Part shown: piece after piece, positions 58,958 through 64,000 of the stretch
Numbering within the stretch: position 1 is the stretch's first letter
How the letters are laid out: every line of letters begins with the position of its first letter
Source of the DNA: an uncultured Bacteroidota bacterium
GTDB taxonomy: Bacteria > Bacteroidota > Bacteroidia > AKYH767-A > 2013-40CM-41-45
Assembly: GCA_937871435.1 (NCBI GenBank)
Contig: CALMQM010000073.1
Location: 3,282 to 67,281, forward strand
DNA: 64,000 nucleotides
Reading direction: 5' to 3'
Notes under the pieces: model-generated
The model's database searches: none
The model's input: the letters and a program-made list of their open reading frames with translations, nothing else
Told to the model about the DNA's origin: nothing
Translations under genes and position numbers: made by a program

Positions 58958-59551
58958 TTACTTTTTCTTAAGCAAATGAAACGAAAATATAATGATTCCC
59001 AAAATGAAAGATAAGTAAGTGTTTAAATAGGCAACGGGTATGGCGATGATCAGACCCAGCAGGCCAAGAGAACTGTACACTTTGTTCTTTTCATTGTCGG
59101 TAAAAAAAGCCTTTGGAATAAGATTTTTGTAATAACCATACCAGTACAATGCAGCGAAAGAAATATTCATAATAAAGTAGTTCGAAAAGAGCAGCGCCAC
59201 AGCAAAAGGATCATGGTGATTTTTGCCGGCAAATGCCGTAGTAAATGGCACCAAACTCAACATCAAAATGAAAATCATGTTGAGAAAAATATATCGCTTT
59301 GTGATTGAATGCACATTCAGAAAAAGTGTATGATGATCAATCCAGATACCTGCAATCAACAAAAATGAACCGACATAGCTAAGCAGAAAGGGAAGCAATG
59401 AAATGACCTGATCCTTTGTCGAAACATCTGCGCCATGTGATTCCTCCGGCACTTTGAGCTCGAGAACCAGAATTGTCAGAATGATTGCAATCACCGCGTC
59501 AATAAAAGTCTCAAATCTTCTTTTATCAAAAGTGTAATTTAGTTTTTGCAT
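58958..59551 (-). CDS. TMEM175/DUF1211 family potassium-channel-like membrane protein
   Basis: 197 aa. N-terminal RFETFIDAVIAIILTILVLEL matches the RxxxFSDGVxAIxxTLLVLE signature. Confidence 0.65.
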   Translation of the reverse strand: MQKLNYTFDKRRFETFIDAVIAIILTILVLELKVPEESHGADVSTKDQVISLLPFLLSYVGSFLLIAGIWIDHHTLFLNVHSITKRYIFLNMIFILMLSLVPFTTAFAGKNHHDPFAVALLFSNYFIMNISFAALYWYGYYKNLIPKAFFTDNEKNKVYSSLGLLGLIIAIPVAYLNTYLSFILGIIIFSFHLLKKK

Positions 59552-59768
59552 GATCAGTTGATTTTATGGGTTAACTTTCAAATCAACCCTACAGAACGAA
59601 GAAACTAAATTTGAAATTAATAAACAATTCGGTTTATTGGAATCTCAGGGTTCAACCTTATTTGAAAAAGAAAAAACGGAATTTTGAAAACGACAAAGAG
59701 AGGATGAGTGGAATAGAACTCTACATATCAAATCCTGACACGTTCAAATTAGAATAATTTCAAATCAA

Positions 59769-60017
59769 TTACTTTACTTCTTCGTATACTTTTTCAATCT
59801 TCTTCGCCAGTTCCAGATCTTTTTCAGTCACCACGTCGCCTGCATCATGCGTACTGAGTAGAATGTTAACCCGGTTGTATACATTGCTCCATTCAGGATG
59901 ATGATTCATTTTTTCTGCAATCAATGCCACTCTGGTCATGAATGCAAAAGCCTGCTGAAAATCCTTGAAAACAAATGTAGCTCTCAATTTGTTGTCTGAC
60001 TCAGTAAATGTCATCAT
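59769..60017 (-). CDS. 4a-hydroxytetrahydrobiopterin dehydratase
   Basis: 82 aa. The motif [24 protein letters not shown] is typical of pterin-4a-carbinolamine dehydratase. Confidence 0.85.
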   Translation of the reverse strand: MMTFTESDNKLRATFVFKDFQQAFAFMTRVALIAEKMNHHPEWSNVYNRVNILLSTHDAGDVVTEKDLELAKKIEKVYEEVK

Positions 60018-60201
60018 GATGTTTATTTAAAATTGAAGAACAAAAGTACACACCATTCAAATCATTCTACGAAACAAAATACACATTGCGGGAAGTTCTG
60101 CAATTTGTATGAAAACCAAATAATGGAAAGATCCGATTATTCAATTTAAAACTACATCTTAAACAGTATCACCGGTCTGAATCGGAACATTTTCATACTT
60201 A

Positions 60202-61167
60202 TCAATGAATACCTTTTGATGCAAGATATCTTTCCGCATCCAAAGCAGCCATACATCCGGTGCCTGCAGCGGTTACAGCTTGTCTGTAAACCTTGTCTGC
60301 AACATCACCTGCTGCAAACACACCTTCACGATTTGTTTTACTTGAGCCCGGAATGGTTTTAATGTATCCGGTTTCATCCATATCAAGGAAGGGTTTGAAG
60401 ATTTCTGAATTCGGTTGATGTCCTATTGCCACAAAAAAACCGGTAACCTGGAGCGTTCTTTCTTCACCTGTTTTGCTGTTGGTTACAACGACACCTTCTA
60501 CAGTTTTCCCTCCGATTACTTCTTTTGTTTGAGAATTGTACAAAACTTCGATATTCGGAGTATTGAGTACCCTGTGTTGCATAGCCTTGCTTGCCCGCAT
60601 TTCATCACGTCTCACGATCATGTAAACTTTCTTACAAAGTTTTGCAAGATAGGTAGCTTCTTCAGCTGCAGTGTCTCCGGCACCTACAATGGCCACATCT
60701 TGTCCTTTGAAAAAAAATCCGTCACAAACGGCACAGGCAGACACTCCAAAACCATTCAGTCTTTGCTCGCTTTCGAGTCCGAGCCATTTGGCTGATGCTC
60801 CCGTAGCGATTATCACCGAATCCGCAGTGATGGTTTTGGTTTCATCTACAACAACTTTATGAACCGGTCCGCTGAAATCAACGGAAGTGGCATAACCATA
60901 CCGGATATCTGTACCAAAACGCTCTGCCTGCGCTTTGAAATCTTCCATCATTTCAGGACCCATGGTCCCTTTTGGATAACCCGGGTAATTTTCTACTTCA
61001 GTAGTAATCGTGAGTTGTCCTCCCGGTTGTAAACCCTGATACATTACCGGTTTCATATCTGCGCGGGCTGCATAAATCGCTGCAGTATATCCTGCAGGTC
61101 CTGATCCGATGATCAGGCATTTTACGTGTTCTGATTCTGTTGACATATTCAATGAAATGGACTGCAA
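60202..61167 (-). CDS. trxB: Thioredoxin-disulfide reductase
   Basis: 321 aa. FAD GxGxxG (IIGSGPAGYTAA), redox CAVCDG and NADPH motifs. Confidence 0.9.
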   Translation of the reverse strand: MQSISLNMSTESEHVKCLIIGSGPAGYTAAIYAARADMKPVMYQGLQPGGQLTITTEVENYPGYPKGTMGPEMMEDFKAQAERFGTDIRYGYATSVDFSGPVHKVVVDETKTITADSVIIATGASAKWLGLESEQRLNGFGVSACAVCDGFFFKGQDVAIVGAGDTAAEEATYLAKLCKKVYMIVRRDEMRASKAMQHRVLNTPNIEVLYNSQTKEVIGGKTVEGVVVTNSKTGEERTLQVTGFFVAIGHQPNSEIFKPFLDMDETGYIKTIPGSSKTNREGVFAAGDVADKVYRQAVTAAGTGCMAALDAERYLASKGIH

Positions 61168-61305
61168 AAATACTCAATTTTCATCGAATATCTGTGATAG
61201 ACATCACATGCAGCTCTTGTGATTTGTATTGAAAATCAATTCAATGGAATAGGCTCTGAATTCCTGATAATCGAACAACCATTCAATTGTTCCTTTTGAA
61301 AATAA

Positions 61306-62220
61306 TTACCGCGCGATGATTGTGTCATAAGAAGGAGAATAGCCACCCCAGATACCCAGTCCTCCTTCAATGTTACTTGTTATCGGAGCAGGTGATCCAA
61401 ACGGATTGCCGTTATTTCCTACTTGTGTTTCTTCGGTCCGCCAGAATTCAAAGTGCGCTCTGTCTATACTGCAGAACTTAACAACAATAGTATCGCCCCT
61501 CTTAAAATAAATTCTTTCGTCATTTTGATCATCTTCTTTTTGTGAGTTCTGAAACTGTCCACGGAAAGCATTAAAATCAAAACTTCTTCCGTTGTAGAAT
61601 TTATCTTCATTCGCTGAGCCCTGAGGAGCAATGAAAGTACTGTCTTTTATTTTTCCAATATCGTCACCATATGTGTAGTGATTGATTCGTTGAGCAAACC
61701 AGCGGTAGCAATTTCCGAGTGTATCCGGATCCGTCAGATGTCCCCACGCAAAACCGAGCGAATCTTTTTGCCCGTCAACTTTCCACCATACTGAATCCAG
61801 CTTTACAACATTCGGAATAGTGGTTGTGGCTCTGAGTGTTTTTCCATTTACCTGTATGGTGAGCTCATAAGTTTTTCCTACTTCTCCCATCATCCGGACT
61901 GTAGAATAAATACCAAAGTCGGTTCCTGCCAGTTGATTGAGGGTATCGATCATGGTGCCGTTATTAATGGTCACCAAAGCACCGGTGATTGTGTTTTCCA
62001 GTAAACTTGTTGTGCTCGTATTAATGCTTCCAAAAAAAGGTAAAGTCTTTGAAAGGATCACATAGGGATATGTTCCTGTTTCAATGTATCCTTCAACAAC
62101 AATTTGCGTGTCAGCTTTCGGAACTTCTACTGTTACATTTTTTTCACACGAAAACAGAGAGAGGAGAAGGGTGCCGTTTATTAGTGTAGAGAGAAAGGTA
62201 TTTGTGAAGGTTTTTTTCAT
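61306..62220 (-). CDS. DUF4249-like lipoprotein partnered with the upstream TonB-dependent receptor
   Basis: 304 aa with a lipobox (LSLFSCEKN). 19 bp downstream of, and co-oriented with, the TBDR. Confidence 0.5.
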   Translation of the reverse strand: MKKTFTNTFLSTLINGTLLLSLFSCEKNVTVEVPKADTQIVVEGYIETGTYPYVILSKTLPFFGSINTSTTSLLENTITGALVTINNGTMIDTLNQLAGTDFGIYSTVRMMGEVGKTYELTIQVNGKTLRATTTIPNVVKLDSVWWKVDGQKDSLGFAWGHLTDPDTLGNCYRWFAQRINHYTYGDDIGKIKDSTFIAPQGSANEDKFYNGRSFDFNAFRGQFQNSQKEDDQNDERIYFKRGDTIVVKFCSIDRAHFEFWRTEETQVGNNGNPFGSPAPITSNIEGGLGIWGGYSPSYDTIIAR

Positions 62221-62239
62221 GACTGATAAAAATAAATCA

Positions 62240-64000
62240 TTAGAATTTGAAATTGTAAGTCACACTTGGAATAATCGGGAACAAAGAAATTTGCTTTGCC
62301 TGAATTTCGATAGAGTTCTCTTCAAACTTTTTATCAAAATATATTATATAGGGATTGTAGCGGTTGTAAACATTGAAAATGCTGAAGTTCCAACTCGACT
62401 CAAATTTTTTTCCCGGTTTACTTTTAATGGTTGCACTTAAATCAAGACGATGGTATGCCGGTAAACGGTAATTATTTCTTTCACCTCCATAATCTTCAAC
62501 GACATTTCCGTTTGACAATACATACAAACGTTGCGGAAAGGTGTTCAGATTACCGGTTGCATAAATCCAGGTCGCGCCAAATACCCAGCGATCACCCAAT
62601 TCATAAGTCATAACAATGGAAACATCGTGGCGCCTGTCATACTTTGCGTAAAATGTATTGCCTCTGTTCAAATCATCAAATTGTCTCTTTGTCCAGGCAA
62701 GGGTATATCCAATCCATCCGCTGAATTTTCCTTTCGCTTTCTTCAAAAATAATTCAGCTCCGTAGCTCCAGCCTTTACCATAAACAAAATTATTGTCAAT
62801 ATTATCATTCACAGTATTTTCAGGGAGATATCCTTCTTTAAATTCAACCTGATTTTTCATTTCTTTATAATACACTTCCAGACTGGTTTCGAAAGTATTG
62901 TTCTTGAAATTTCTGAAATAGCCCATCGCATATTGAGTACCGAATTGTGGTTTGACTTTATCAGTGCTTGGAATCCATGTATCGGTAGGCAATGAAATTC
63001 CTGACAAGGATGCAAGGTGAATATATTGGTAGTTCTGTGTGTACGAAGCTTTGATGGAAGAAGTAGGATTCAAAGTAAATCGGGCACTGAAACGTGGTTC
63101 CACGTGATTATATGTTTTCACATTTTCACCGGATGCATAATGAAGCGTGTCAATTTCATTTTGATTGGTCACGCTTCTGTTGAATCTGTCAAAGGGTCCA
63201 ATCTGCTGGAATACCGTGTAACGCAAGCCGCCATTGAGTTTAATTGCATTCGTAAGATCAAATTCATCATTGACATACACCGAACCGTCGTGCGCATAAT
63301 TTTTCAGGACTTTGCCTAAATCAAATACAACATCACCTGATTTAGCGGAAGCATTGCTTGGTACAAAAATGTGGAATATATATTGCCCACCGAATTTTAC
63401 ATTATGTCTCACATTCGGCAGCCAGGTAAAATCTGATTTCAGATTGTAATCGGTAATTCCGGAGAATAGTTTAAAGCTAAAAGCATCCTGACCACCTTCA
63501 AAAGAAAACTGATAGTCAGTATAAATGAGAGATGTATTCATGAACAATTTATTATGAAATAAATGGTTCCAACGGAGTGTAGCTGTGGTATTTCCCCATG
63601 GAACATTGACGAAGAAGTCGGAATCAGGACTCCTGTATCTGAAAACATCTCTTCCAAAATACCCGCTGATAAACAAGCGGTCTTTGTCACTCAGACGGTA
63701 ATTCAATTTCGCATTCAGATCATAGAAAAAATACTTGTTACCATATATATCGGATGTTTTCTTTACGAACGGTGGGCCAAAGAAAAGATCGATGAATGTT
63801 CTGCGTCCGGAAACAATAAATGATCCGGTATCTTTTTTTATTGGTCCCTGAACAGTCAATCGGGAAGAAACAAATCCCAAACCACCTTCCGCGCTAAACT
63901 TCTGATTATTTCCTTCTTTCATCTGAATGTCGAGAACTGATGCCAGTCGTCCTCCGTAATTTGCAGGCATTCCACCTTTAGTAAGAGTAATATTTTGCAC
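62240..64000 (-). CDS. TonB-dependent receptor (C-terminal portion; N-terminus lies beyond the window)
   Basis: The ORF is open to the window edge. The beta-barrel region ends in the aromatic terminal motif YNFKF. Confidence 0.75.
   Translation of the reverse strand: MQNITLTKGGMPANYGGRLASVLDIQMKEGNNQKFSAEGGLGFVSSRLTVQGPIKKDTGSFIVSGRRTFIDLFFGPPFVKKTSDIYGNKYFFYDLNAKLNYRLSDKDRLFISGYFGRDVFRYRSPDSDFFVNVPWGNTTATLRWNHLFHNKLFMNTSLIYTDYQFSFEGGQDAFSFKLFSGITDYNLKSDFTWLPNVRHNVKFGGQYIFHIFVPSNASAKSGDVVFDLGKVLKNYAHDGSVYVNDEFDLTNAIKLNGGLRYTVFQQIGPFDRFNRSVTNQNEIDTLHYASGENVKTYNHVEPRFSARFTLNPTSSIKASYTQNYQYIHLASLSGISLPTDTWIPSTDKVKPQFGTQYAMGYFRNFKNNTFETSLEVYYKEMKNQVEFKEGYLPENTVNDNIDNNFVYGKGWSYGAELFLKKAKGKFSGWIGYTLAWTKRQFDDLNRGNTFYAKYDRRHDVSIVMTYELGDRWVFGATWIYATGNLNTFPQRLYVLSNGNVVEDYGGERNNYRLPAYHRLDLSATIKSKPGKKFESSWNFSIFNVYNRYNPYIIYFDKKFEENSIEIQAKQISLFPIIPSVTYNFKF

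Overview
The window reads as an ordinary low-GC Bacteroidetes chromosomal segment (Chitinophagia / Sphingobacteriia-like). Supporting this: three proteins with type IX secretion (T9SS) C-terminal sorting domains, several TonB-dependent receptors (TBDR) that begin with carboxypeptidase-regulatory-like domains, an LptD-like outer-membrane protein, TAnnTTTG-type -7 promoter boxes, and translationally coupled genes. It is dense housekeeping DNA. Recognisable genes are ribD (5' part), prmC, ligA, dapA, ribH, surE, lpxB, a SpoIID-like protein, comEC, an Mpl-type Mur ligase, a SulP transporter, mgtE, an ABC-F ATPase, an MFS transporter, an Amidase_3/SPOR amidase, mlaD, slyD, trxB, a pterin dehydratase, hsp20, an SDR oxidoreductase and a GlcD-like FAD oxidase. 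I saw no rRNA, tRNA, CRISPR array, transposase, integrase or obvious defence-system genes. The most unusual element is a T9SS-secreted multidomain protein (45607-47436) whose central domain carries the copper-binding His cluster and Lys/Tyr motifs of animal lysyl oxidase, fused to an N-terminal proprotein-convertase P-domain and a PKD domain. Other points worth a second look are these: a 671-aa exported protein with a ~400-aa Ala/Lys/Glu-rich rod carrying ~16 degenerate 'K-A-R-Q-D-S-I' repeats; a hairpin/U-tract attenuator-like element in a 550-bp AT-rich region upstream of mgtE; tandem paralogous small membrane proteins translationally coupled between surE and lpxB; a membrane-anchored HdrD-like Fe-S/CCG gene pair; and an AlkB-family alkane hydroxylase with no redox partners nearby. 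All calls rest on reading the sequence and six-frame translations by eye. No database searches were run, so domain assignments are from recalled motifs and should be confirmed by HMMER/BLAST.
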